A stretch of 64,000 nucleotides of DNA, taken from Candidatus Bathyarchaeia archaeon (GTDB taxonomy: Archaea > Thermoproteota > Bathyarchaeia > 40CM-2-53-6). The stretch spans positions 384,001-448,000 of the forward strand of contig JBEKVV010000002.1 in the NCBI GenBank assembly GCA_049513715.1, in the 5' to 3' direction. Position numbers and translations under genes: made by a program. Every line of letters begins with the position of its first letter. Position 1 is the first letter of the stretch. This document shows, in pieces, positions 10,061 through 20,299 of this stretch. The notes under the pieces were generated by a model. It ran no database searches. It saw nothing but the letters and a program-made list of their open reading frames with translations, and was not told the origin of the DNA.

Positions 10061-13000
10061 TTATGCCGCGGTTCTCTTTAAATGGCCAGGTTTTGGTGAA
10101 TAAAGAATTCCCTCTCTGACTAGCTGCTCAACGAGCCTTCTGGCGTCATCGTCCGTGATGTCCACTTTTCTAGACAACGCCTGGTACAATGTGGAGTCTT
10201 CTACGATTCCGAGCTGTTTCTCCAAGTCCGCGAAAGTGCTGAGTACGACCTGCATCTTATCCCTCAGGCTCTTGGGTTTGCCCGTCATGATGACGTCGAT
10301 GTCGATCTTGCCGGTCGTTGTGTCTATGCCCACATCTTGCAACGACAAGGTCATCAAACGAATTATCGCCCGTGTGTCCTCTACTTCCACACGGTCTCGG
10401 AGGAAGCTTTTCGCCCTAGCTTCGGACAGGCGGACCAGGCCTTCGAGTTGCCTCGGCGTAATGGCCACGGGAGATTCTGTCGAGCCGGACATCGCACGCA
10501 TTTTCAAATAATACTGGCGCACGTCAGCCGCGGCCTCTTCGGTCAGCACGGGGTCGATTCGTTTGGCGTAGGCGATGTATTTGCGGAGAAGTTCAGGTAG
10601 GAAGGGTGGTTCCTCGGGTGGGGCCTTCATTCGGTGCAGAGTAAGGATGTGGTCAGACATGCGGCCGTCTGAATCTGGCTCGGGGGTATCCCTCATGATG
10701 AAGAGCAAGTCAAAACGTGAGAGTAGCGTAACGGGCAGGTTGATGTTATCAGTTATGTTTCTGTAAGCGTCGTAGCGGCCTAGGCTAGGGTTGGCTGCTG
10801 CCAGAACAGCCGCCCGGGCGTTTAGGGTGGCCACAATTCCTCCTTTTGCGATACTGACGGTGTGTTGCTCCAATGCTTCATGTATCGCCACCCGATCGTC
10901 TGGACGCATCTTGTCCATCTCGTCGATGCAAGCAACTCCTTTGTCTGCCAAGACAAGGGCGCCAGCTTCCAAAACCATCCCACCCGATTTCTCACGTACC
11001 ACGGCGGCGGTCAGACCGGCCGCGGTAGTGCCACGGCCGCTAGTATACAGTCCACGAGGAGCTATCCGCGAAACGTACTGAAGGAGCTGACTTTTCGCTG
11101 TGTTATGTGAGATAATCCCGTTTGCTATGAACCTGTGGCCATCTGGCACTTCAATATCGTAGACGTCCTGCGGCTCGTGCTTGATTATGCCTACGATTCT
11201 TTCACTTCGTTGTCCGTGGACCCTTCCAAAGACTTTGGCTGCAGCAGCAAGTATTTCGAGTCGTGTGCGTTTCTTATCAGACGCAAATCCGATTTTCTTG
11301 TGGAATCGGGAAATATCCTCACCCCTGCGTATCAGCAGGCCAGTCTCGATGATTCGAGAGTGTATCCCGAAGCGAAGGAGAAGAATCTGGACGTCCCTGA
11401 GCAGCTCGATGTTCTTGGCCTTTAGTGTGATGGCCCTTGCACCGCGGCCCTTCTCGAAGACACAGCCGTCAGCCTCGTATAACCATTTGAGAAAGCTGGC
11501 AGCGACTTCGTTCCCTGAGCGAAGTATCAGATCAGGTACTCTTTTGACTCGTAGGAATGCTAAGTTTGATGCGATATCTTCGCTTCCAAGTACAGCCTCA
11601 TAGATCCGGACAGTTCGGCCGGGTCTATTCTTTCTCTCCCTGACTCTGGGTGAAATCCCAAATAGCTTCTCCGCTATGGAGACGAGCTGGGGCAGAATAT
11701 CCCGTTCTGGTTCGGCTACTGTAAATCCCACTCTGTAACGTTGAGCCCATCCATCGCCCAGCATGTAACCTAGCAAGGCACCAAGTTCTCGTGTGACTTT
11801 GCCTGGCAGTCTCCCCCTGAACGTCGGCCCCAGCCTGCGCTTCTGCGGTCTGAAACCTGAATTGATAAAAGACTTGATGGTGCAGGGGAACCCTGTCACG
11901 ACGGCGATACGGTCGTCAACCTTGAATTCGTCGAGTCTTTTCCATTCTCTCACGAGGCCATGCGGTCCCTTGCTGACCGCCAAGAGGGGATGATTATGGG
12001 TTCCTTTGATGCTCTTTCCGGTTTCGGTTAAGACTTCAATGACCGGCTGTTTTCTGTAAGCGTGGAACTTCTTAGCATAAGCCCGCTTGGCTCCTCCCTG
12101 ACCAGTTAGGAGTTGGACGTTCAATGGCTGCAAGTGGTATTGTCCAATTTCACCAATCTTGGCAATGGTTCCATCTCCCAAAACAACTCTCTCATCAGCC
12201 ACGAGGCACCCCGGGTCGCCCACGAGGAGTACGTTTATTTCGCTTCTTATTGTGACGCCGTCTGGTAGGTGTTTGGATACGCCTCCGAAGAGTAGGTAGA
12301 GGACGGCTTCTTTGATGTCGCCGTATCCGTAGATTGACGGGGCGAGTGAGGCTATTAGTTTTCGGTGGATGAAGGGGTCTTTGGCGAGTTCCCGAATTAA
12401 CCGTTCGTCTTCGGGTGTAATTTCAACCACTTCGATCTCCTTGCCAACCACGTCCACGTAGTTCGCGTCGAGGAGGAGCTCGAACGTTCGCAACCTCGCC
12501 TTTCGGCCCACATATTCTTGTTGAGCTCTCCCAGTGCCCGTTATCGAAACGCGGTCGCCCGGGCGTGCAATGTCAACGAGGTCTTCTGAGAGTTTGATGT
12601 CCATGGCTCTCGGTAGTTGGCCTGGAGGAAGGTCTTCGGGGCGTTCCTGTATGCGAATTTCTTGGGAGTTCATGAAGGTTGATTGCTTCTCCAAGAACTC
12701 GAAGACCTTGGAACGGCAGTGGGCGCAAACGCCAGGTCCCCGCATCAATGTACCTGCCTGTTCGACGTAGCTCATAGCGTTACACTTACGGCATTGGAAC
12801 GCCGCTTTCATTAGTAGAGGTTTGACTGACGTTGAGCGCACAATAATGCCGTCGATGAGCAGGAGCCTTCCGATATTTTCGGAGCCGATTTTGCGGAGCG
12901 AGTTTCGCTCGGGGAGTTTCCGGAATCTGACCCGGAGTCTCTTTATGACCTCAGCAAACTCGGGGTCTTCGATTTTGAGCTGAGCCCAAGCGCTTCGGTC

Positions 13001-13210
13001 GAGATACTCGAAATACTCATCTGGTTTGTCGAGGATGGAGCGGGCTAAGTCGGCGTCGTGGGCAATTAGGTCCTCGAAATCCACAACCAATGAGCGTGAA
13101 CCGGATAATGCAACATGGCCCAGCCGCTTCCTGTACTTGTGTTCATCCTCGACCCTGAACGAGCGCAGGAAATCTTGGAAACGTTCCTCAGGGTTCTGCA
13201 GTGTGGTCAA
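10061..13210 (-). CDS. mcm: MCM replicative helicase containing one intein
   Basis: Zn finger, QE.PE.LPPGQLPR, GDPG|TAKSQLL Walker A, IDEMDKM, LLSRFDL. A TTG start at 13210 avoids overlap with GINS (the ORF track starts at 13246). Confidence 0.97.
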   Translation of the reverse strand: MTTLQNPEERFQDFLRSFRVEDEHKYRKRLGHVALSGSRSLVVDFEDLIAHDADLARSILDKPDEYFEYLDRSAWAQLKIEDPEFAEVIKRLRVRFRKLPERNSLRKIGSENIGRLLLIDGIIVRSTSVKPLLMKAAFQCRKCNAMSYVEQAGTLMRGPGVCAHCRSKVFEFLEKQSTFMNSQEIRIQERPEDLPPGQLPRAMDIKLSEDLVDIARPGDRVSITGTGRAQQEYVGRKARLRTFELLLDANYVDVVGKEIEVVEITPEDERLIRELAKDPFIHRKLIASLAPSIYGYGDIKEAVLYLLFGGVSKHLPDGVTIRSEINVLLVGDPGCLVADERVVLGDGTIAKIGEIGQYHLQPLNVQLLTGQGGAKRAYAKKFHAYRKQPVIEVLTETGKSIKGTHNHPLLAVSKGPHGLVREWKRLDEFKVDDRIAVVTGFPCTIKSFINSGFRPQKRRLGPTFRGRLPGKVTRELGALLGYMLGDGWAQRYRVGFTVAEPERDILPQLVSIAEKLFGISPRVRERKNRPGRTVRIYEAVLGSEDIASNLAFLRVKRVPDLILRSGNEVAASFLKWLYEADGCVFEKGRGARAITLKAKNIELLRDVQILLLRFGIHSRIIETGLLIRRGEDISRFHKKIGFASDKKRTRLEILAAAAKVFGRVHGQRSERIVGIIKHEPQDVYDIEVPDGHRFIANGIISHNTAKSQLLQYVSRIAPRGLYTSGRGTTAAGLTAAVVREKSGGMVLEAGALVLADKGVACIDEMDKMRPDDRVAIHEALEQHTVSIAKGGIVATLNARAAVLAAANPSLGRYDAYRNITDNINLPVTLLSRFDLLFIMRDTPEPDSDGRMSDHILTLHRMKAPPEEPPFLPELLRKYIAYAKRIDPVLTEEAAADVRQYYLKMRAMSGSTESPVAITPRQLEGLVRLSEARAKSFLRDRVEVEDTRAIIRLMTLSLQDVGIDTTTGKIDIDVIMTGKPKSLRDKMQVVLSTFADLEKQLGIVEDSTLYQALSRKVDITDDDARRLVEQLVREGILYSPKPGHLKRTAA
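11102..12208 (-). mobile_element. Intein (369 aa) with LAGLIDADG homing endonuclease in the MCM Walker A motif
   Basis: Begins CLVADERV after GDPG and ends ..FIANGIISHN before T. Block B is KGTHNHPLL; LAGLIDADG blocks are LLGYMLGDGW and FLKWLYEADGC. Confidence 0.95.
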
Positions 13211-13212
13211 AC

Positions 13213-13770
13213 TTACAGTTCCTGACCTAGTAGCTTCGATTTCCATTCCTCAATAGTGCGATTCAAGACAGTGTAGAGGACGCGCTCCTCAGACGTCAGA
13301 CCCTGAAGAATTTCTTCGGTGGGCGTGGGGGACGCGGCAATCGACACTAACTTGCGTATCCTGCAATTCACAATATCGCGAACCAAGCTTTCACTTCTCT
13401 CGAGTTCACGCAATTTCACTTGATCCTGTTTGCTCTCCTGCCGCAGGTCCGAGAGATGGCGGCGAAGAAGGCAGTAGAAGTTGACTTGAAGGGCGGGTAG
13501 CTGTCTCGAAGCTGGAATAGTCTCCCGCCAGTGAATCTTCGAGAGCGCATTATAGTTTAGGACATCTTCTTCGCGGAATTTTGCGTAGCCTAGCTGCACG
13601 AGTTCTCGTGCGGACCAATATGGCATTTCAACTTCCTGCCCCACTTTGGCCGATGATAGCTTAGCGAGTCTTGGCGAAGTGTCAGGAATCTCTCGTGTCA
13701 ATGTGACCCTCACCTGTGTGTTTTCGAAATCGAAGTCTATGTCATTGACTGTCATCAAAGCTTCCGCCAA
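13213..13770 (-). CDS. GINS complex subunit (Gins23/Psf2-like)
   Basis: Immediately upstream of mcm. EVEMPYWSAREL, RIRKLVSIA and LTSEERVLY match the B-A domain order. Confidence 0.85.
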   Translation of the reverse strand: MAEALMTVNDIDFDFENTQVRVTLTREIPDTSPRLAKLSSAKVGQEVEMPYWSARELVQLGYAKFREEDVLNYNALSKIHWRETIPASRQLPALQVNFYCLLRRHLSDLRQESKQDQVKLRELERSESLVRDIVNCRIRKLVSIAASPTPTEEILQGLTSEERVLYTVLNRTIEEWKSKLLGQEL

Positions 13771-14016
13771 GAATCAACCACCAATTCCAATTCGCCCACC
13801 TATCACGGTTATATTGCTTCCCACGAATTCCGTGTTCCAATCAGTCGAGATTTCCTATGGAGAGTTGCGCGGCCTAGGAGAGGCGGGTGAAAGTGTCGAG
13901 GAGAATTTCGCGTGCGTCATCCGCCGCACAATTCTGGAGGGCCAAGGCTTTTCAATGGCCCGCATGAATCCTGCTGCACTGGAAATCCGTTTAGAGATCG
14001 ATAGAGGAAGAAAGCT

Positions 14017-14997
14017 TTGAGCGAAAGCGGGCTGATGTGGATCGAAAAATACCGACCAAAACTCTTGGAAGAAGTTGTGAATCAGAAAGAAGCTGTTAAC
14101 GGCATCAAAGCTCTTCTGAAGACACCTTCAACAATACCACACCTCCTCCTAGCGGGTCCTCCAGGCACAGGAAAGAGTACCGTTGCGCTGTGTATTGCTC
14201 GGGAACTCATGGGAGAGGGCTTCAGGAAGCTTGTTTTGGAACTCAATGCCTCCGACGAGAGAGGAATAGGCGTTGTGCGTGAACGCATCAAAGGGTTCTC
14301 TCAGATAATTCAATCAACCCCTTCCGGCGTCCAGTTCGGTTTAGTCATACTCGACGAGTCCGATGAGATGACAAGAGATGCCCAGACCGCTCTTCGAAGG
14401 ATAATGGAGACCTCCTCTCGAACTTGTCGGTTCATTTTGATTTGCAATTATCAGAGTGGAATCATTGAACCGATTCAAAGCCGATGCTCAGTTTTTAGGT
14501 TCAGGCAGTTGGAGGAGGCAGAAGCAGTAAAGTACTTGACCAGAATCTGCACAGCCGAAAAGGTGCAGGCTGAACCGGCAGCGGTGACGCGCATCTATGA
14601 CCTCTCGGGGGGAGACCTCCGCAGAGCAACCAACTACTTACAGGTCGCCGCGACCTCTTCAAAGGAAAGAAAACTGGACCTCACCTCACTTAACAAAGTG
14701 GTTCCTGAAGCTGAAGATGAACTGATTCGTGGGATGCTGAAACTTGCACTTCAAGGGGAGTTCATGAAGGCTCGGGATGTCCTGTATGAGTTGATGGGCA
14801 AGCATGGCGTGAGTGGCCGAGAGATAATCAGGGGGGCAAACCGTGCAGTAGGCCGGATTGCTGACGTAACGGGTGAGCGTCAGGTGGAGGTCGTCCGAAC
14901 CTTAGGAGAATGTGATTTCAGATTGACGCAAGGAGCGAATGAGGATATTCAACTCAGCGCGATGCTCGCTCAGCTGAGCTCCCTTGGACGTAAGTAA
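14017..14997 (+). CDS. rfcS: Replication factor C small subunit
   Basis: WIEKYRP, GPPGTGKS, LELNASDERGI, LDESD, IQSRC. Confidence 0.95.
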   Translation: MSESGLMWIEKYRPKLLEEVVNQKEAVNGIKALLKTPSTIPHLLLAGPPGTGKSTVALCIARELMGEGFRKLVLELNASDERGIGVVRERIKGFSQIIQSTPSGVQFGLVILDESDEMTRDAQTALRRIMETSSRTCRFILICNYQSGIIEPIQSRCSVFRFRQLEEAEAVKYLTRICTAEKVQAEPAAVTRIYDLSGGDLRRATNYLQVAATSSKERKLDLTSLNKVVPEAEDELIRGMLKLALQGEFMKARDVLYELMGKHGVSGREIIRGANRAVGRIADVTGERQVEVVRTLGECDFRLTQGANEDIQLSAMLAQLSSLGRK

Positions 14998-16768
14998 CGT
15001 GCAGACCAAACACGACTTGGCTTGGACTGAGAAGTACAGGCCAGAGACCGCAGCCAGCCTCTTAGGGAACGAAGAGGCATTGGCCGACTTCAAAGCCTGG
15101 CTGAAACAGTGGACAGTTAAGCGTAAACCAACGAAAGCCTGCCTTATCGTGGGCCCCCCCGGCGTGGGCAAGACCACGCTAGCCAGAGCAGCAGCCAACG
15201 ACGTCAGCTTTCGCATTGTCGAAATGAACGCGAGCGACGTCCGCACCCAGAAAGCGATTGAGAGCTTTCTTGCCCCTGCAAGTACTTCTCAAACCTTGGA
15301 TAGCTTCACTGAGGGCGCCAGGGGAAATCTCATCTTGATGGATGAGGTGGACGGGGTTTTCGGCCGAGAAGACCGCGGTGGGCTCGGTGCAATACTCGAC
15401 GCCATAAAAGGTTCACCGGTGCCAATCGTTCTAACCGCGAACAATGTCGACGACGAACGATTCGACGATCTGAGAAAGGCATGCAATGTGATCCGACTGT
15501 ATGAGATCCGGCCGCGTCTTCTTGTCGCACTCCTCAGACACATACTGACAGAGGAGGACCGTTCCATTTCGGAGGAGACAATCAGCGAGGTCGCTCGGGA
15601 ATGCTACGGCGACATCAGATCCGCAATAAATGATATCCAAGCCATCGCAACCGGCGGCGCCAAGCCGCCCAATTCACGCAGGACGAGAGAGCTCGACGAG
15701 GCGGACACAGTGAAAGGCCTTTTCTCCTCAAGCGAAATGGGCACGGCTCGACGGGTCCTCAACGAAACTGAGTTGTCGCTTTACCGAGACGAGCTACTCC
15801 TGCTAATTCATGATATCCTGCCGTACGTATACACATCTCCAGAGAAACTGGCGAAGGCCTACGAGACGCTATCGCGCGCGGATATTGATTACGCGAGGGT
15901 TGGGGCAAGTAGGTCGCGCGGGATGATGCCTCCCCCATTCAACTTGCCGCGCCGGGATTCCCCGCCGCAATGGTCACTCTTCCCTGTCGCCCTGAACGAG
16001 TTGGCGTCTGTCGGTCTTCAGGAAGTGGATAACGATGCAGGGCACGCATTGGAAGTTGCCCCAAGGATATCGCAGAAGGCGGCTGAACGTTACCAATATC
16101 GGCTGTGGGCATTGGACCACTTAAACGCTAGAATCGCAAAATCATGCCACACATCCAAACGGAAGGCCCTGCAAGAAATCACACCCTTCCTCATCATGAT
16201 CTTTCAATCAGACCCCGAACAAGGAAGAGTACTGGCTGTCGGCCTCGATCTAGAAGAACGCGACATAGGGTTCTTGATTTCTGAATCGAAGAGCAAGGCT
16301 GCACCCACAGGCCCAGAAGAGCTCCTAGACCCAACGGGCTTCAAGCTACCCTACATGGGCAAGGACAAGTTCATCGCCCTGATGCGCGTTGGCGTCGCTT
16401 ATGACCGCAGTAGCGGCAAATTCGTGGTTCGTCGCCTGACAAACTTAGATTCGGTAGAGGAGAGAATCAGCGAAATAATCTCCAAACCAGTCAAATTCAT
16501 CCGGCCAGAAGAGGAATCTGGGCAAGTCGACGAGTCGAACATCGTCAAAGAATGTTATGTGGATGGCCGGCAGATTCTGTGCGCCAAATGCGAATTCGTC
16601 GACAACTGCCCGACTCACGCAATCACGTCGCTAAAGTTTTGTCTCTGTGATGAAACGTTAGCGGATTCCAAAGGTTACGAGAAATATGTGGAAAAGAACG
16701 CTCCAACCCAGAAGGTAAAGGCAACAGCTAAGCCAGCAAAGCGCGCAACGAAAAGGAAGAAGGCTTAG
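14984..16768 (+). CDS. rfcL: Replication factor C large subunit with Cys-rich C-terminal extension
   Basis: WTEKYRP, GPPGVGKT, EMNASD, MDEVDG, GDIRSAINDIQ. Confidence 0.9.
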   Translation: MDVSNVQTKHDLAWTEKYRPETAASLLGNEEALADFKAWLKQWTVKRKPTKACLIVGPPGVGKTTLARAAANDVSFRIVEMNASDVRTQKAIESFLAPASTSQTLDSFTEGARGNLILMDEVDGVFGREDRGGLGAILDAIKGSPVPIVLTANNVDDERFDDLRKACNVIRLYEIRPRLLVALLRHILTEEDRSISEETISEVARECYGDIRSAINDIQAIATGGAKPPNSRRTRELDEADTVKGLFSSSEMGTARRVLNETELSLYRDELLLLIHDILPYVYTSPEKLAKAYETLSRADIDYARVGASRSRGMMPPPFNLPRRDSPPQWSLFPVALNELASVGLQEVDNDAGHALEVAPRISQKAAERYQYRLWALDHLNARIAKSCHTSKRKALQEITPFLIMIFQSDPEQGRVLAVGLDLEERDIGFLISESKSKAAPTGPEELLDPTGFKLPYMGKDKFIALMRVGVAYDRSSGKFVVRRLTNLDSVEERISEIISKPVKFIRPEEESGQVDESNIVKECYVDGRQILCAKCEFVDNCPTHAITSLKFCLCDETLADSKGYEKYVEKNAPTQKVKATAKPAKRATKRKKA

Positions 16769-17298
16769 TGTTCGCGGCTGACCTTCAAAAGGTGGCCTAG
16801 TTCAGGGAGTATCAGCTTCTCCATCGCAGTTTGAACTGCATTGGGTGAGCCGGGCAGGCAAAACGCAACTTTTCCTTTGACGGAACCAGCGAAGGCTCTA
16901 CTCAACATTGCGGGCGAGCCGATCGTGTCGTAGCTGATTTTTCTGAATAATTCTCCGAACCCTGGAATGTCCTTTTCAACCAATGGTTCGATGCTTTCTA
17001 TAGTGACGTCGCGCGGCGACAACCCCGTGCCACCTGTAATGATCAAAGCGTCCACGCTTTTCGAGGTAAAGGCGTGATGCGCGGCTTTTCGTATCATTGG
17101 CTTGGAGTCGGAGATTAGTTGGCGACCCTCAACCCGATGCCCAGCTCCAACGACGAGTTGCTCAATGATATCTCCCGATGCGTCGTCTGGCTTCTCGCCC
17201 TTGCCCTGTTGGTTGAACTTGGATGTGCTGCAGGTCACAATGTAAATTCCAAGCGTTCTTGGAGCGACGGATTTGTGGAGGTCTGCAGTTTTGCTCAT
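16765..17298 (-). CDS. moaB: Molybdopterin adenylyltransferase, MoaB/MogA family
   Basis: ITGGTGLSPRDVT, PGFGE.FR, LSRA.AG, CLPGSPNAV. Confidence 0.9.
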   Translation of the reverse strand: MSKTADLHKSVAPRTLGIYIVTCSTSKFNQQGKGEKPDDASGDIIEQLVVGAGHRVEGRQLISDSKPMIRKAAHHAFTSKSVDALIITGGTGLSPRDVTIESIEPLVEKDIPGFGELFRKISYDTIGSPAMLSRAFAGSVKGKVAFCLPGSPNAVQTAMEKLILPELGHLLKVSREH

Positions 17299-17742
17299 TT
17301 ACTTTCGCTTAACCTTCTTCTTGACTTTCAAGTAGGTTATGGCGGTATCTGGGTACTGGCCGTTCTCGTCCTTTTCATACTGTTTCACCATGTCCCAAAT
17401 TGTCAGGAGGTATGCTGAAGCCGCCGTGAGTGCTTCCATCTCAACCCCTGTCTTTGCCTGGCCTTTCACATATGACTCTACTTTCACTGCGTCCCGTCCA
17501 AACGTGTGTTCAGTGCGTACGGTTGTGATAGGGATGGTGTGGCAGAAGGGCAGAATGCGGGGTGTATTTTTCGCGGCCATGATTGCGGCTACTTCCGCTG
17601 CTGCAATGGCGTCACCTTTTTCGATTCGCCCAGACCTCATGCGTGTTATGGTGGCCGGTTTCAATCGAATCTCGCCTACTGCCACTGCTTCTCGAACGAT
17701 TACATCTTTGGCCGCTATGTCAACCATTGAAAAACGCCGCAT
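17299..17742 (-). CDS. moaC: Cyclic pyranopterin monophosphate synthase MoaC
   Basis: MVDI..K, LPFCH, TGVEMEALT, IWDMVK. Confidence 0.95.
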   Translation of the reverse strand: MRRFSMVDIAAKDVIVREAVAVGEIRLKPATITRMRSGRIEKGDAIAAAEVAAIMAAKNTPRILPFCHTIPITTVRTEHTFGRDAVKVESYVKGQAKTGVEMEALTAASAYLLTIWDMVKQYEKDENGQYPDTAITYLKVKKKVKRK

Positions 17743-17826
17743 CCGTTAATGCCTCTCCGCTCGTTGGGTAGTGTGCGCTGAGAAATTAGCTGTTGTGCTT
17801 GAGTGGCGCGCTCTGATTAGTGCTAG

Positions 17827-19077
17827 TTATTTTTGCTGCGTGCGTCTCTTTCGTGTGGGTTGGAGTGCAGTTTCTAATTGTTCGCGCATGGTTGAGGCGG
17901 GTATGTTTTGTAGGCCGAGTAGTGTGGTTTTTCCGCGGACGCCTTCACCAGACTTTGAGGCGGCGATTACGCCTATAGCGCCTAGGCCGCGGGCGTATTT
18001 CCAGATTTGAGTATGTTTCCTGGGCTTGTCGTTGTATTCCTCGCAAACCGCCTTGTATTCCCGTTCAACGACACCGATAATTGCGTAGGCCCCCTGCGAT
18101 TCCTCAAGGACTCTTGCCAGTGCGAGGAGCATGTATTTCTCGTGGGCTGATAGGGCAGCGATGTATTCACCCCGCAACATGGGGTAGACGCTTCCAGCGG
18201 CTTTTCTGACATGGTCTGTGGAGATATGTTTCATGTTTTCGGAGTCAGCATACTTGCCCGCGCGCCAGAGGAGCTCAATCGAGTACCTAGCGTCGCCGTT
18301 CTGTCCACCTATGTCAGAGACAAGCTGTAATGCTTCATCGTCTACAGCGTTTTCTTTGAAGGCCAAGTTGACTCGGTCTTTGAGGATGTCGATTAGTTGC
18401 CGCGAGTTGTATTTGTCGAGTTTGACTATGTTGCGTTGAAGCGTATCGGCGGTGCTTTTGTCAAGTTTTTGAAGGTACTCTGTTTCGCGGAGGATGCAGA
18501 TGAGTGAGAGTCGTATGGGTTTGCCGACTCGTTCCTCTTGAATCCTGGTGAGGTTGTAGATTGGGGTTGATCCTTCTACTCTGATGAGGTGTTCCAATTC
18601 GTCGAGTGCGAGTATGAGGTGCATGTTCTTGTCGTCAAGCATGTCCATTAAAGTGTGGAGAAGTTCCTCGGGGGCGAAGCCACGTTTCGGGAACTCTGGC
18701 TCAAATTGCGACAAGACACGTTTTATGATCATGAAGAGGCTGCCTTTTGATTCGCGGCAGTTCACGTGGACGTATTGAAGGTTGACTTTGCGGCTTTTCG
18801 CAGCCTTCACCAAATCCGTTCCAAAACGTTGTGCCAGAACGGTTTTGCCAGTTCCCACGTCCCCTATGATGAGAGCTCGTTGGCTTGTAGAGAAGGGGTT
18901 GTCCAGTGAGAATCGGAAGAGTTGGGTGAGGAAACGCATCTGCTCGTCGCGGTGGGGAAGCCTAGTGGGGATGTATTCTAATGAGAGGGGTGCTTCATCC
19001 TTGAAGACCGTGGGCCTTGCTAAGGTTTCCTTCACAATATCCGAAGACAATTGAACGAGAGCCCCTACTCTCGACAT
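17827..19077 (-). CDS. cdc6: Orc1/Cdc6 replication initiator
   Basis: EYIPTRLPHR, GDVGTGKT, HVNC, LDE, GDAR and a C-terminal winged helix (GVRGKT). Confidence 0.95.
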   Translation of the reverse strand: MSRVGALVQLSSDIVKETLARPTVFKDEAPLSLEYIPTRLPHRDEQMRFLTQLFRFSLDNPFSTSQRALIIGDVGTGKTVLAQRFGTDLVKAAKSRKVNLQYVHVNCRESKGSLFMIIKRVLSQFEPEFPKRGFAPEELLHTLMDMLDDKNMHLILALDELEHLIRVEGSTPIYNLTRIQEERVGKPIRLSLICILRETEYLQKLDKSTADTLQRNIVKLDKYNSRQLIDILKDRVNLAFKENAVDDEALQLVSDIGGQNGDARYSIELLWRAGKYADSENMKHISTDHVRKAAGSVYPMLRGEYIAALSAHEKYMLLALARVLEESQGAYAIIGVVEREYKAVCEEYNDKPRKHTQIWKYARGLGAIGVIAASKSGEGVRGKTTLLGLQNIPASTMREQLETALQPTRKRRTQQK

Positions 19078-19199
19078 GGTTTAGCCTGCCTCAATCTTAT
19101 GTGCTTTTGTTCTCCTACGCGATAAAAACAGGAGAGCAAGGTGAAACTGATTGACGGCTCCATTGAGCCTTCAGGACCTCATTCTGGCCCGAACACTGT

Positions 19200-20222
19200 T
19201 CATTGCTTCTGGTATCTCTCTATAATCCTGTAGATTTCGTCGCGTTCAGATGGGCCCACCCTTTTGATTGTCCCGTCCGCTTTGACTAGGTTTCTGCTGG
19301 TCTTGATACGCGTAATCGTCCCAATTATGCTGGCATGAATTCCATGCGTAATCAGTCGGCGTAGTATCGTCGCGCTCTTCTGTTGGTCGGCAACAATCAA
19401 GAGGCATCCTGAACTGAGCAGCCTCAAAGGGTCAACCCTAAGTGCTGCGCAAATTTTTCTGGTTTCAGGAAGCATGGAGATTTTCGATTCATGAATCATA
19501 AAGCCCACGCGGGAGGCCTCGGCAACCTCCCATACTCCCTGCAGGAGGCCTCCTTCAGTTGGGTCATGCATTGCATGCACGCCCCCAACGCGTACGGCTG
19601 TAAGTGCATCGTCAACGACGCTGGTCAAGCGACGTAGTTTCCTCGCGCGGCGCAGTAACTCCGAGCTCACTTTTCCACGGAGTTTACTAGCGAAGTCTGC
19701 GGCCAGAATTGATGTGCCCTCTATGCCGGCTGATCGAGTCATGATGATGTGGTCACCCGCACGGGCGCCACTAGATGTTACGTATCTTCCCTTCTCAGCG
19801 ACACCCATCATGTAACCTATTACGATTGGGCGGTTGAGGCCGGGGGTGACTTCTGTGTGGCCTCCCACCACCGCGACCCCCATCTTTCTGGCAGCTGAAT
19901 CGACTTGTCGCATAATGGTGTCAAGTACGGCCGCGTCCGAGTTTTCTGGGAGTAGTAAGGTGCACAGGAACCACCTCGGTTTGGCTCCCCTGCATGCGAT
20001 ATCGTTGGCGTTCAAATCAACGGCGAGGGAGCCGATTTCAGATAAGGTGCCTGTCACTGGGTCTGTGGTTAGGACGAGGATTTGCTTGCCAAGTGAAACG
20101 AGTGCCGCATCTTCGCCTATGGAGGATCCTAGGATAACTGACGGGTCCTTTTTGCCTGTGTAGCGAAACACATTGCGGACCAGGATTTCAGTTGGAATTT
20201 TCCCAGTCCTAAAGCGTGGCAA
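19200..20222 (-). CDS. AIR synthase-related (HypE/PurM-like) protein
   Basis: GEDAA, TTDPVTG, NANDIA, GGHTEVT, MHDPTEGG. Confidence 0.85.
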   Translation of the reverse strand: MPRFRTGKIPTEILVRNVFRYTGKKDPSVILGSSIGEDAALVSLGKQILVLTTDPVTGTLSEIGSLAVDLNANDIACRGAKPRWFLCTLLLPENSDAAVLDTIMRQVDSAARKMGVAVVGGHTEVTPGLNRPIVIGYMMGVAEKGRYVTSSGARAGDHIIMTRSAGIEGTSILAADFASKLRGKVSSELLRRARKLRRLTSVVDDALTAVRVGGVHAMHDPTEGGLLQGVWEVAEASRVGFMIHESKISMLPETRKICAALRVDPLRLLSSGCLLIVADQQKSATILRRLITHGIHASIIGTITRIKTSRNLVKADGTIKRVGPSERDEIYRIIERYQKQ

Positions 20223-20299
20223 GGTTAACCATGCATAGAACTCACGTTACGTTTTAAGTAGTCAGGTTGTATAGCATATGAAACAAGCATGGGATCCGT

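Noticed and set aside
19078..19199. ORB-type replication origin directly upstream of cdc6
   Set aside because: No TTCCAGTGGAAA-like boxes, G-strings or long AT-rich tract.
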